DNA of 64,000 nt from Nitrospirota bacterium. Lineage in GTDB: Bacteria > Nitrospirota > UBA9217. The position numbers and the translations under genes are program-made. Within the stretch, counting starts at the first letter, position 1, and each line of letters opens with the position of its first letter. This document shows positions 20,291 to 30,169 of this stretch, one piece after another. The DNA is taken from contig CAVWHO010000015.1 of assembly GCA_963754875.1 (NCBI GenBank), forward strand, positions 138,201-202,200, read 5' to 3'. The notes beneath the pieces were generated by a model. It saw only the letters and a list, made by a program, of their open reading frames with translations, ran no database searches and had not been told where the DNA came from.

Positions 20291-21938
20291 CGAAATCAAG
20301 CACATAGCTGAAAGACTCTCCGTCCTTGGCGTATCGTGCGACGCAGCAGTGAACGACCTTTTCAACGATCTGCTTGCCGGACTTTTTAAAAAGGCAGTCA
20401 TCGTAGGTGACGCCGAAGAAGGCGGCAAAAAGCTGCGTAACGGCGATACGGACGTCCTTATCGTCGATGGTGCCCCCCCCACGCTTGACGGGCTGAAGTT
20501 GCTGAAGGAAATACGGCGGACGGATCAGAAACTATCGATCATCGTGATCGTTTCCCGTGAAGACGCCGGGGGCGTGTTCGACGCAATTTCCCACAGCGCG
20601 ACGCAGTTACTCGTAAAGCCTGTTCAGGTGGATAAACTCCTGAGCGCGTTGGATGCTGCCCTACAACGCAGCATGGGAGAACGTCAAAAACTGTTGGTAC
20701 ACGAGTTAACGCTTACGAGACAGCGGGAACGGCAGAGGCTCATTGAAGAAAAAATTTCTTTTTTTAAGGCATTGAGCACCATCAGAAATGATTTATATTA
20801 TAAAAAACTCGACGTTGTTGCAGCAGACGGGGAAAAATCGGAGTGGCTCATCAATATCCGCTATAAGCCGAAGGACGTGCTTTCCGGGGACTCCTATTCG
20901 ATCAGGACCGTGGATGAGGACCGGGTTTTCGTGTTCCTTATTGACGCCATGAGCAAAGGGCTTTCCGCATCATTTACCGCGCACCTGGTGACCGCTTTTG
21001 CGAACTATTTGATAGACAGGGAAAAGAACAATTTCAACTTCGGACTCTTTGTCCGCGAGTTTCAGCAATTCATCCGGCGAAACCTGCACGAGGAGGAGCC
21101 CTTGTCGGCCTCTCTTGCTCTTCTGGACCTGAAGAAGGGGATCATGGATTATGCGCTCTTTTCCATGCCCCCTCTCTATCTCCAGACAACCCATGATGAG
21201 GTGCTGAAACTCAATGGCTGCGCTATACCGATCATGAGGGATGCTCATGAAGTTGAACTCCGGCAGGCGGCGCTGCATCAATGCAAAAAAATACTGATCT
21301 GCAGCGATGGGTTGCTGGATCCCGACTATTATGAGCATCTTGAAGAGGATTTTGCCTCCTCATCGTTCAAGAACATGCTCTACAACCGGTTTGTCGACAG
21401 GGTGGGCGAAATACGGGATGATCTTACCATGGTTTTTCTCAGAAAGCTTGGAGGAGCAGTCCGCTGGGAGAAAACGTTCACGATACGCGCCCTCTTCGAT
21501 GAAGTAAACCGATCAATCCAGGATGTTGAAAAGCTGCTCACGACAATGGAGTATCGCTTCGAGTTTGTCATGGAATGCATAAATGCATATACCGAGATCA
21601 TCATGAACGCCTATGAGCACGGCAGCCTTCATATAGGGTCAACGCTGAAGAACAAGCTTGTCAGGGCGGGTGAATATGAAGACTACCTTCTCAAGAGGGA
21701 ACAGGAGGCGGGCGCAAAGATAACGATTACCCTGAAAGCGCTGGCGGACAACAAAAATGACATCGTGGTGGTAAAAGTCCGCGATGAGGGTGAGGGATTC
21801 GACACTGTCATCTTCAGGGAAACTATTCGCAATCCGGAATTTGTGGACGGGAGAGGGTTAAAAATGGCCCGCTCGCTCGTGGATGAATTATATTTTAATG
21901 ATGTCGGCAATGAAGCGATACTTATCAAGGTGGCCTAA
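20277..21938 (+). CDS. Receiver-like + PP2C (SpoIIE) phosphatase + HATPase (RsbW-like) fusion
   Basis: SGDSY, FLIDAMSKG, CSDGL, RDDLT (PP2C); EIIMNAYEHG, VRDEGEGFD, GRGL (HATPase). Confidence 0.85.
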   Translation: MTGFDEIKHIAERLSVLGVSCDAAVNDLFNDLLAGLFKKAVIVGDAEEGGKKLRNGDTDVLIVDGAPPTLDGLKLLKEIRRTDQKLSIIVIVSREDAGGVFDAISHSATQLLVKPVQVDKLLSALDAALQRSMGERQKLLVHELTLTRQRERQRLIEEKISFFKALSTIRNDLYYKKLDVVAADGEKSEWLINIRYKPKDVLSGDSYSIRTVDEDRVFVFLIDAMSKGLSASFTAHLVTAFANYLIDREKNNFNFGLFVREFQQFIRRNLHEEEPLSASLALLDLKKGIMDYALFSMPPLYLQTTHDEVLKLNGCAIPIMRDAHEVELRQAALHQCKKILICSDGLLDPDYYEHLEEDFASSSFKNMLYNRFVDRVGEIRDDLTMVFLRKLGGAVRWEKTFTIRALFDEVNRSIQDVEKLLTTMEYRFEFVMECINAYTEIIMNAYEHGSLHIGSTLKNKLVRAGEYEDYLLKREQEAGAKITITLKALADNKNDIVVVKVRDEGEGFDTVIFRETIRNPEFVDGRGLKMARSLVDELYFNDVGNEAILIKVA

Positions 21939-22009
21939 GGAGGAGGTATGATGCACATTATTGAGGTCCGCACAGTTATGGGAGCAACATGCTCTAGGGA
22001 GGTGTCCAA

Positions 22010-22297
22010 ATGGACATAGCCTCGACGGGCCCATCCGAACTTACCATTCGGGGACAGATTCAAACGCTCGAAGATTATATGCGCATTAAAATAACCATTG
22101 TGGACCTGGGAGGCATTAACGCTATTACCATAAAAATTCCGGACTCACTGTTCATAACGTCTGCTGTCATAGGCTTTTTTCTGGTGCTCGTTCGTGAAAA
22201 AAAAGTGCGTCTTTCTCTGCTGGTGGGAAACGAGAAACTGCTCAAGCACCTTGATGTGCTGCAGCTGTTGTCTGTCCTGCAAGTGAAAAAGGTGTAG
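22010..22297 (+). CDS. STAS-like anti-sigma antagonist
   Basis: 95 aa; DSLFITSAVIG resembles the STAS phosphoacceptor loop; follows the PP2C/HATPase gene; RBS GGAGG. Confidence 0.65.
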   Translation: MDIASTGPSELTIRGQIQTLEDYMRIKITIVDLGGINAITIKIPDSLFITSAVIGFFLVLVREKKVRLSLLVGNEKLLKHLDVLQLLSVLQVKKV

Positions 22298-22433
22298 CCA
22301 CGGGAGCCAACGACACGAGCGCCGGGGCGCTGCAAACCCCCAGATTCGCCGAGGTCATGACTTACTTAACTGAAAAGAGATTATTGATGGCATTCATGGA
22401 CCGGAACGACCGTCAGAGCGTCAGGAGGCTACT

Positions 22434-24674
22434 ATGGTGAGTCGAGAGAATACATCCGATGCCGACGCAGCTCGTAAACAAGAGCTCCGGGACATCCAGG
22501 CCCAGAACGCCGCAGATGCCAGACGCATTGCCGAACTGCGTGCTGAACTTAATGCGGTCAAAGCAGAGCATTTACAGGAAATGCTGGCGCGCACCCGGGT
22601 GGAAGATTCTCTCCGGGAGTCGGAAGCGCGGTACCGCACGATCTTTGAAACATCGGAAGCTGCAACGATCATCATCGAAGAAAACATGATCATCTCCCTC
22701 GTGAATGCACGTTTCGAGACATTGACCGGCTATACCAAGGACGAGGCCGAGGGGAAGCTTCCCTGGACCATCGGCATCCTTCCTGAAGACCTCGCGCGGA
22801 TGCAGACCTACCATGTCCAGCGCAGAAAGCAGACCGACGCGGCCCCGAGCCGGTACGAGTTCAGGATCAGGGACAAGGACGGCGCTGTCAAGGACATCTA
22901 TGCAAACGTGGCATTGATTCCCGGGACGCGGAAAAGCGTGGCGTCCCTGATGGACATAACGGACCTGAAAAAGACCGAACGGGAGCTGCGTAAATTGTCG
23001 CTTGCGGTCCAGGGCACCTCCGACTGGGTCCTCATTACTGATCGAAACGGCACCATTGAGTATGTGAATGATGCAGTTGTCGACCTCAGCGGTTACCGAA
23101 GAGAAGAGCTCATTGGACAGAACCCGCGAATTCTCAAATCAGGCAAAAACGATCCTGGGGTCTACAAGGAGATGTGGGCAACGATCCTTGACGGGCGGTC
23201 CTATCAAGCCATCCTGACCAACCGCAAAAAAGACGGCCAGCTTTTTGAGCTTTACCACACCATCACGCCACTCGAAGATGAAAATGGCGAGATCTCTCAC
23301 TTTGTTGCCACATCAAAAGACCTGACTCAGATGCGGCTCCTGGAGGAGCGGCTCAATTACGTTGCCAATTACGACAGCTGTACCAATCTGCCGAATAAAA
23401 CCCTGCTGCTCGACCGGATCAAGCTGGAGATCCCGCGCGGGGAATTCCGGAAGCGGCTTGTCGCCCTGCTGGCCGTGGAAATCGACCGCTTTACCTTCCT
23501 TAACGAAACATTCGGCACAGCTTGCGGAAACGGGGTCCTTGCCGAGGTCGGCCGCCGGCTCACGACTGTCGTGCGCGAGGGGGACACCGTGGCCCGACTG
23601 GGGGGAAATACCTTCGGGGTCCTGCTCGTGGACATGGCCCAATCTCAGGACGTCATCTTAGTTGTGAGCAAGGTGTTCAACGCGCTCAAGCCGGCCATCT
23701 CCGTCGATGGCACCGTTCTTACCGTGGCCGTGCACATAGGAATTTCGGTCGCACCCCAGGATACCCAGGATACCGACGCGCTTGTCACAAACGCGGAAAT
23801 TGCACTCTCCAAGTCTCAAGAGCAGGGTCTGAACACGTACCAGTTTTTCACTGCGGACATGAACCGGGCTGCGTCAACCTTTGCACAGCTCCAGAAAAGC
23901 CTTTTCCACGCTCTTGCGAATAACGAGCTCGCGCTTTACTACCAGCCCTATTTCGATGTCCATACCCGCAAAATCGCGGGAATGGAGGCCCTGCTCCGCT
24001 GGAACAGCCCCGAACACGGCTTCGTCTCTCCGTCGAGCTTTATCCCCTTGCTCGAGAAGACCCGGATGATCATTGACGTAGGGAAATGGATCGTGCAGGA
24101 GGCCTGTCGCCAGATCAGGGCCTGGCAGGACAAGGGCTATGCCACGGTGCCTGTCACCACGAACCTTTCCGTAATCCAGTTCAAACAAACAGACCTGGGT
24201 GAGTTTCTGGAACAAACAATAGGAGCTTCCGGCATAGACCCCCGGAATCTTGCCTTTGAGCTGACAGAAAGCTCGCTCATGCAGAACGAAGAAAAGGTAC
24301 AGGCGCTGCTTGCCCGACTCAAGGAGCTGGGATGTCCGATCAGCATCGATGACTTCGGCACCGGCTATTCGTCCCTGAGCTATCTCAAAAAACTTCCTGC
24401 AGACAACCTTAAGATCGACATCTCCTTTGTCCGGGACATCGCGAACAATCCGGACGACGGTGCGATCGTTTCCAGCATCATCTCCATGGCGCACAATCTA
24501 CGACTCAAGACCATCGCTGAAGGTGTTGAGACCGAGGACCAGCTCAAGATCCTTCACATCCTGCGCTGCGACATGGCCCAGGGATATTACTTCAGCAAAC
24601 CCGTGACAGCAGCAGTTGTTGAAGAACTGTTGGTTAAAAGGCATGATGCGCTGAGAATGGATGGGGCCCGCTAG
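22434..24674 (+). CDS. PAS-PAS-GGDEF(degenerate)-EAL c-di-GMP phosphodiesterase
   Basis: Two PAS/PAC domains; ARLGGNTF in place of GGDEF; intact EALLRW, ELTES, DDFGTGYSS, KID, AEGVE. Confidence 0.93.
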   Translation: MVSRENTSDADAARKQELRDIQAQNAADARRIAELRAELNAVKAEHLQEMLARTRVEDSLRESEARYRTIFETSEAATIIIEENMIISLVNARFETLTGYTKDEAEGKLPWTIGILPEDLARMQTYHVQRRKQTDAAPSRYEFRIRDKDGAVKDIYANVALIPGTRKSVASLMDITDLKKTERELRKLSLAVQGTSDWVLITDRNGTIEYVNDAVVDLSGYRREELIGQNPRILKSGKNDPGVYKEMWATILDGRSYQAILTNRKKDGQLFELYHTITPLEDENGEISHFVATSKDLTQMRLLEERLNYVANYDSCTNLPNKTLLLDRIKLEIPRGEFRKRLVALLAVEIDRFTFLNETFGTACGNGVLAEVGRRLTTVVREGDTVARLGGNTFGVLLVDMAQSQDVILVVSKVFNALKPAISVDGTVLTVAVHIGISVAPQDTQDTDALVTNAEIALSKSQEQGLNTYQFFTADMNRAASTFAQLQKSLFHALANNELALYYQPYFDVHTRKIAGMEALLRWNSPEHGFVSPSSFIPLLEKTRMIIDVGKWIVQEACRQIRAWQDKGYATVPVTTNLSVIQFKQTDLGEFLEQTIGASGIDPRNLAFELTESSLMQNEEKVQALLARLKELGCPISIDDFGTGYSSLSYLKKLPADNLKIDISFVRDIANNPDDGAIVSSIISMAHNLRLKTIAEGVETEDQLKILHILRCDMAQGYYFSKPVTAAVVEELLVKRHDALRMDGAR

Positions 24675-24841
24675 AGGGTACGTGTTTTCCTCCTGTTTGA
24701 AACCGAACGGCTACAGCCGGCCCATCTGTGATTTACCGATGAATTGTTACGTCACACCGCCCCGCCTGTTGACTATATAAAGATCACAGGCCAACATTTC
24801 TTGAGGATACTGGCGGCGGTTCTGGCATGCAGGGAGGGCTG

Positions 24842-25663
24842 ATGAGAGGCATTCTGCGCACGATGTTCTTGCTGTTGTGTCTTTTTGCAGTTCCTGTGCC
24901 CGCCCGGGCATCGGAAGCACTCATCGGGAGCGGGTGCTCCGTGAGCGTGCCGGGATATCTGTCCGACCTGGCCAAGGCCTATGAGAAGGAAACCGGCGTC
25001 GCGGTCCTGGTCCTGGGCGGCGGGAGCATCCGTGGCCTCGCGGACCTAAAGGACGGCAGGATGGATTTCGCCGCGTCCTGCCAGTCGAAGTCGGCGGACG
25101 ACCCCGCGGACTTTGACTACATCATCGCCTCCTGGGACGCCCTCGTGTTTATCGTTAACAAGGCAAACCCCGTGAATTCCATACGTCCCGGGCAGGTCAG
25201 GGACATCTATGAAGGCAGAATCAACAACTGGAAAGAGCTCGGCGGTCCCGACATGAACTTAATTTCCGTTATAACGACGACGAAAGGCTTCGGCGGCATC
25301 GGCGAAGCCCTGGCGAAATACATCCTGAACGGCAAGCGTCCGCTGAAGCAGAAGAATTCGACCATGCAGGCGTCTTCAACCACTATCTGGGAGCAGCTTG
25401 TCGAGGATATGCGGGAGGCCTTCGCCAGTTCCGGCTTCGGAAGTGCACGCAAGCGCAACATCAAGATGCTGAAGGTAGACGGCATTGCTCCGACCCGGGC
25501 GAACATCATATCCGGTAAATACCCGTACCGGAGGCCGCTGTACATCGTCATCAAGAAAAACGCCCGGCCGGAGGTCAGGCGGTTCGTCGATTTCGTCCTG
25601 AGCGCGAAAGGACAGAAGATCATATCCTCCATCGGTATGCCGTCGCTCGCTGATATCAAATGA
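24842..25663 (+). CDS. PstS-like periplasmic substrate-binding protein
   Basis: Signal peptide; GGGSIRG, WDALVFIVN, I.NWKELGG, GKYPYRRPLY motifs of PBP-like proteins. Confidence 0.85.
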   Translation: MRGILRTMFLLLCLFAVPVPARASEALIGSGCSVSVPGYLSDLAKAYEKETGVAVLVLGGGSIRGLADLKDGRMDFAASCQSKSADDPADFDYIIASWDALVFIVNKANPVNSIRPGQVRDIYEGRINNWKELGGPDMNLISVITTTKGFGGIGEALAKYILNGKRPLKQKNSTMQASSTTIWEQLVEDMREAFASSGFGSARKRNIKMLKVDGIAPTRANIISGKYPYRRPLYIVIKKNARPEVRRFVDFVLSAKGQKIISSIGMPSLADIK

Positions 25664-27918
25664 CATTCTCGCTGCGTACAAAGGTGACCTTCTTCATTAC
25701 GGTCGTGGTGCTGGTCGTCAGCACCGCCAGCACCGCCTTGTTCTTCATCGCACAGAAACGGAGCCTGGAACGGGAAGTCGTGGCCCGGGGGGGCGCCCTG
25801 TCCGAGGCCCTGGCGCGGTCCGTGAATGAGGGCCTCGCCGCGGAAGACCTCAACCTCATTAAGCAAGTCCAGAATATCGTCCATACCGACGATATCGTCC
25901 TTACCCAGGTGTTCTCGCCGGTCTGGCTCGGCATCGCCGCGGTCCCGGTCGAGCAGCTGAACGTTCCCCCCGGCCCCGCCGCGGTCGCATACTTCAAAAC
26001 GCATAAAGAGGAGCGGGATCATTTCACGGCCGATGACGGCATGTGGATCGATGTTTACAAGCCGGTTTTTCTCGATCCCCACGACCCGAGAATCGCGAGA
26101 AAAATATTCATCGGCTATGTCCGGCTCAGGATCTCGACGCAGCCGGTGATTGCGGCCGCCCGCAAGGCCGCATTTTACAACATCCTCGACGCTGCCATCC
26201 TCACCCTGGTTGCAGTCCTGTTTCTCCGTCTGATCCTCGGGAAATACGTCGTTTCGCCGCTCCTGGGTCTTCACCGGGCGGTGTTGCAGCACAAACTCGG
26301 TGAGACTCCCGAGAGGGTCCCGGTTTTTGCGGCCGATGAAATCGGGCAGCTTTCCCGGGAATTCAACCTGATGAGCGCCGCCGTCAAGGAACGCGAGGGC
26401 CGGCTTGCGGAGGAAAAAGAACGTCTGGCAGTGACCCTGCGCAGCATCGGAGATGCCGTGATCGTTACCGATGTGGAGGGAACAATCACCCTGCTGAACA
26501 AGGTGGCCGAGCAGCACACGGGTTGGACGGCGTCCGAAGCCGTGCATAAGCCACTCACAGAAGTTTTTCACATCGTCAATGAAAAGACAGGCGAACGCTG
26601 CGTGAACCCTGTTGAAAAAGTCATAGAGTCCGGCGCCATCTGGGAGCTGGCCAATCACACCGCCCTCATAAAAAAAGACGGGACGGAGATTGTCATTGAA
26701 GACAGCGCAGCACCGATCCGTGACCGGGAAAGCAGGACCATCGGTATTGTGCTCGTGTTCCGGGACGCGACGGAGAAGCGCAAGAGGGAAGAAGAACAGG
26801 TCAAAGTGGAAAAGCTCCAGTCCCTCGGCGTGCTTGCAGGCGGTCTCGCCCATGATTTCAACAATCTTCTCACCGCCGTGCTCGGCAATATCAGCATGGC
26901 GAAAATGTATGTCGACGGCCGCAGTAAGGCGTACGGGCGGCTGGTGGAGGCGGAATCGGCTTCCCGACGGGCAACGGAGCTGACCTACCAGCTGCTTACC
27001 TTCTCGAAGGGTGGAGCGCCCGTCAAGTCAACAACGTCGATCGTCAATATCATCCGGGAGGCAGTGAGTCTCTGCCTCCATGGCACCAATGTGGCGGCCC
27101 GATTCAACATCGCCGAACATGTCCGGCCCGTGAACGTCGATAACAGCCAGATGAGCCAGGTTTTTAATAACCTGATCATCAACTCCACGCATGCCATGCC
27201 GAATGGTGGCGTGATCACCGTTACCGTTGAAAATATCGTGCTCCAGGACAGGGCGATCGCCGCACTGCGAGCAGGAGTCTATGTGAAGATCACCATCCGC
27301 GACGAAGGGACGGGAATTCCCGACGAGCATCTCACGAAAATATTTGACCCCTATTTTACCACCAAGCAGCAGGGAAGCGGCCTCGGGCTTGCGTCCGTCT
27401 ACTCAATCATAAAAAAACATGACGGCCATATCACCGTTGCATCGAAACCCGGCCAGGGGGCGGCCTTCCATGTCTATTTACCGGCCTCGCAAAGCGTTTC
27501 GACGGTCCAACCTGCCGCACCGGCCTGCCCCGTTGTCGCTGGGCAGGGAAGAATTCTCATCATGGATGATGAACAGCTCGTCCGGGATGTTTCAGGAGAG
27601 ATGCTGAAGGAACTTGGCTATGGTGTTGACTTTGCACGGAACGGGGCGCAGGCAGTCGAGATGTACCAACAGGCGCAGGAAGCGAAGACGCCCTTTCATG
27701 TCGTGATCATGGACCTCACCATCCAGGGCGGCATGGGAGGCAAGGATGCGATCGTCCACCTGCTCGCATTCGATCCTGATGTGAAGGCAATTGTGGCGAG
27801 CGGTTATTCGAACGACCCCGTCATGGCAGAGTACAAAAAATTCGGGTTTAAAGCAGTCATTATCAAGCCCTACACCATTGACGTTTTCAGCAAGACGCTC
27901 CGCGAGGTGCTGCAGTAA
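25660..27918 (+). CDS. Membrane hybrid sensor histidine kinase (HAMP-PAS-HisKA-HATPase-REC)
   Basis: LAGGLAHDFNNLL, NLIINS, DEGTGI, FDPYFTTK, GSGLGL; C-terminal receiver; ATGA overlap with the binding-protein gene. Confidence 0.95.
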   Translation: MTFSLRTKVTFFITVVVLVVSTASTALFFIAQKRSLEREVVARGGALSEALARSVNEGLAAEDLNLIKQVQNIVHTDDIVLTQVFSPVWLGIAAVPVEQLNVPPGPAAVAYFKTHKEERDHFTADDGMWIDVYKPVFLDPHDPRIARKIFIGYVRLRISTQPVIAAARKAAFYNILDAAILTLVAVLFLRLILGKYVVSPLLGLHRAVLQHKLGETPERVPVFAADEIGQLSREFNLMSAAVKEREGRLAEEKERLAVTLRSIGDAVIVTDVEGTITLLNKVAEQHTGWTASEAVHKPLTEVFHIVNEKTGERCVNPVEKVIESGAIWELANHTALIKKDGTEIVIEDSAAPIRDRESRTIGIVLVFRDATEKRKREEEQVKVEKLQSLGVLAGGLAHDFNNLLTAVLGNISMAKMYVDGRSKAYGRLVEAESASRRATELTYQLLTFSKGGAPVKSTTSIVNIIREAVSLCLHGTNVAARFNIAEHVRPVNVDNSQMSQVFNNLIINSTHAMPNGGVITVTVENIVLQDRAIAALRAGVYVKITIRDEGTGIPDEHLTKIFDPYFTTKQQGSGLGLASVYSIIKKHDGHITVASKPGQGAAFHVYLPASQSVSTVQPAAPACPVVAGQGRILIMDDEQLVRDVSGEMLKELGYGVDFARNGAQAVEMYQQAQEAKTPFHVVIMDLTIQGGMGGKDAIVHLLAFDPDVKAIVASGYSNDPVMAEYKKFGFKAVIIKPYTIDVFSKTLREVLQ

Positions 27919-28092
27919 GCCCGCCAACGCCTCCTTTGACGGCCATACCAGAACAGCGGGGACAACCCCCGATGTCCGTCCCTGTACCGAATCCTTACCG
28001 GGAAATTGTCATTGCTCATAACGTATGATAAATTCATCGCATCTGAGCGTATGCATGCGTCCGGCATTTCGCTGTTTCCTGCGGCACCTCAT

Positions 28093-28128
28093 AAAAAAGG
28101 CCGCGGATCTTACAATCCGCGGCCTTTC
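28093..28128. terminator. Intrinsic terminator between the convergent kinase gene and flgE
   Basis: AAAAAAGGCCGCGGAT-loop-ATCCGCGGCCTTT; U-tract on the minus strand. Confidence 0.85.
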
Positions 28129-28146
28129 TCGGTATTGTCGCCCTCT

Positions 28147-29487
28147 CTACTGCTTAAGGTTCACGAGCTCCTGCATCAGCTGGTCCGTCGTAGTAATGAT
28201 CTTCGAGTTCGCTTCGAACCCGCGCTGCGACGCGATCATGCTCACAAACTGCGTTGCGAGATCCACGTTCGAGAGTTCGAGACTGCTCGAAAGCACCTTC
28301 CCGAGGCCCGAGGTATTTGCCGTGCCGACGACGGGCTGACCCGAATCGAACGACTCGGCGTAAAGATTTTTGCCCAATTTTGTCAGTTCCGTTGGCGCTA
28401 TGAACCGGGCAAGCGCCACCTGGCCGATTGCCCGCGTCTGGCCGTTCGTGAATACCCCGTCGATGACGCCGGCATCTGATACGTTCACACTCTGGAGGGA
28501 CCCCGAGGCATACCCATCCTGGTTCACGCTCATGACCGAGTTGCTGCTTGCATACTGCGTTGACAGGTCGAGGCCGGTTCCCGGCGGCGTTTCGCCGGTG
28601 CCCGTGCCGTAGTTAAAATTGACCGTTGACGCAGCTACTGCAGCGCCGAAGTTGAAGGTAACCGCCGTCCCGCTGTTGTCCGTGTTGAGGGAGCCGTCCG
28701 TATTAAATACGAGTTGCTGGACCGTGGCGGCGCCCGTCGGTACACTGCCCGCGCCGCCTGATGTCTGGCCCGGTTCTATGAGCTGGCTGGGTTGCGCCTG
28801 GTCCGCATAGGCGTAATGGACGTCCCACGTGTTCGCCGCAGTCTTCACAAAGTACATCGTTACGGGATGGGCGCCGCCCTGGGAATCATAGACCGTCGTG
28901 GTGTTCGAGAAATTGTAGTTTGCAGGATCGTTCGGCACGCCGTCCCCGTTGCCGTCAAGCGTGAATGCGCCTGCCGGCGCAGTCGCCGAAGCGTCAAGGT
29001 TGATTGCCGCGTTGACCCGGGTCGTGGCGTTCGCCGGGCTTTGGCTTGCCGCAAGCTGCAAGTTGCCGATCGTACCGGTTATGTTCCCTGCCGCGTCGGC
29101 AAGGTAGCCCTGTAAGACGTACCCGTCGGGATTCACGATGTTTCCGCTCTTGTCCAGCGAGAACTGGCCGGCCCGGGTATAGGAACGCAGGCCGCCGTTG
29201 TTCACCATGAACAGCCCGTCGCCGTCAATGGCCAGATCCAGGCCGTTTGACGTGGATTCAAACGAGCCCTGCGTGAAACTCGGCGATACACTCGTTACCT
29301 CGACCCCGCGGCCGACCTGCGAAGATCCGCTGGCGTCGGAGATGCTCTGGCTCAGCACGTCGCCGAAGGCAACCGTACTTCCTTTAAATCCGACGGTGTT
29401 CATGTTTGCGATATTGTCCCCGATCACGGAAAGCGAGGTACTGTTTGCGTCCATGCCGCTGACTGCCGTATACAATGCCGATAACAT
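28147..29487 (-). CDS. flgE: Flagellar hook protein FlgE
   Basis: LYTAVSGM..IGDNIANMNTVGFK; YTRAGQF; LELSNVDLATQFVSMIASQRGFEANSK. Confidence 0.97.
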   Translation of the reverse strand: MLSALYTAVSGMDANSTSLSVIGDNIANMNTVGFKGSTVAFGDVLSQSISDASGSSQVGRGVEVTSVSPSFTQGSFESTSNGLDLAIDGDGLFMVNNGGLRSYTRAGQFSLDKSGNIVNPDGYVLQGYLADAAGNITGTIGNLQLAASQSPANATTRVNAAINLDASATAPAGAFTLDGNGDGVPNDPANYNFSNTTTVYDSQGGAHPVTMYFVKTAANTWDVHYAYADQAQPSQLIEPGQTSGGAGSVPTGAATVQQLVFNTDGSLNTDNSGTAVTFNFGAAVAASTVNFNYGTGTGETPPGTGLDLSTQYASSNSVMSVNQDGYASGSLQSVNVSDAGVIDGVFTNGQTRAIGQVALARFIAPTELTKLGKNLYAESFDSGQPVVGTANTSGLGKVLSSSLELSNVDLATQFVSMIASQRGFEANSKIITTTDQLMQELVNLKQ

Positions 29488-29488
29488 A

Positions 29489-30151
29489 TCAAGCTCCTCC
29501 TAATATTTCGTGAACGTCTCCGAGCTGAACCTGCGTCGAATTGTCCAGGGTCAGAGAGGTCACGTTATTGTTGAACGAAATCCCGGTCACCGTTCCGCTG
29601 GTCAAGGGCGTCGCGGTGATAGCCTGCCCCGATCCGTCCGCGGCATTAACGGCAAAGGTATACTTGCCCGCCGGAAGCGTATTGCCGTTCTGGTCCCTGC
29701 CGTCCCACGTATAACTGTTATTGCCCGCCGCCTCTTGGCCGAGCACTGCCGTCTTCACCAGGGCGCCGGTTGCGTCATAGACCGATACTGAGACCGCGGC
29801 AGCATCGCTCGGGAGCGTATAGGACATGACGGCTTGCCCGTTGAGCGTGGCCGTGTTTCCCGTAACGACGACCTTTTTCCCGATGAGGTCCGAGGCCATC
29901 GTATTCTGCAGCGAAGTCTGGGACGCAGCCATGTTCGTGAGCTGGGTATTAATGTTCGTCAGTTGTTCGACGGAACTGAACTGGGCAAGCTGTGCGGCAA
30001 AATTCGCGCTGTCCATGGGGTTCAGCGGGTCCTGGGCCTGCATCTGTGCGGTCAGAAGCTTCAAAAAATCATTCTCACCCAGGGTCTGGGTCGGCCCTGC
30101 GGTTGCCGCACTTGCTGTTTGGGTGGCGCTCGTGGCGCTTGTTATGTCCAT
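29489..30151 (-). CDS. flgD: Flagellar hook capping protein FlgD
   Basis: DFLKLLTAQMQAQDPLNPMD, AQLAQFSSVEQ, TWDGRD. Confidence 0.97.
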   Translation of the reverse strand: MDITSATSATQTASAATAGPTQTLGENDFLKLLTAQMQAQDPLNPMDSANFAAQLAQFSSVEQLTNINTQLTNMAASQTSLQNTMASDLIGKKVVVTGNTATLNGQAVMSYTLPSDAAAVSVSVYDATGALVKTAVLGQEAAGNNSYTWDGRDQNGNTLPAGKYTFAVNAADGSGQAITATPLTSGTVTGISFNNNVTSLTLDNSTQVQLGDVHEILGGA

Positions 30152-30169
30152 ATCCCCTCCTTGTACGAT

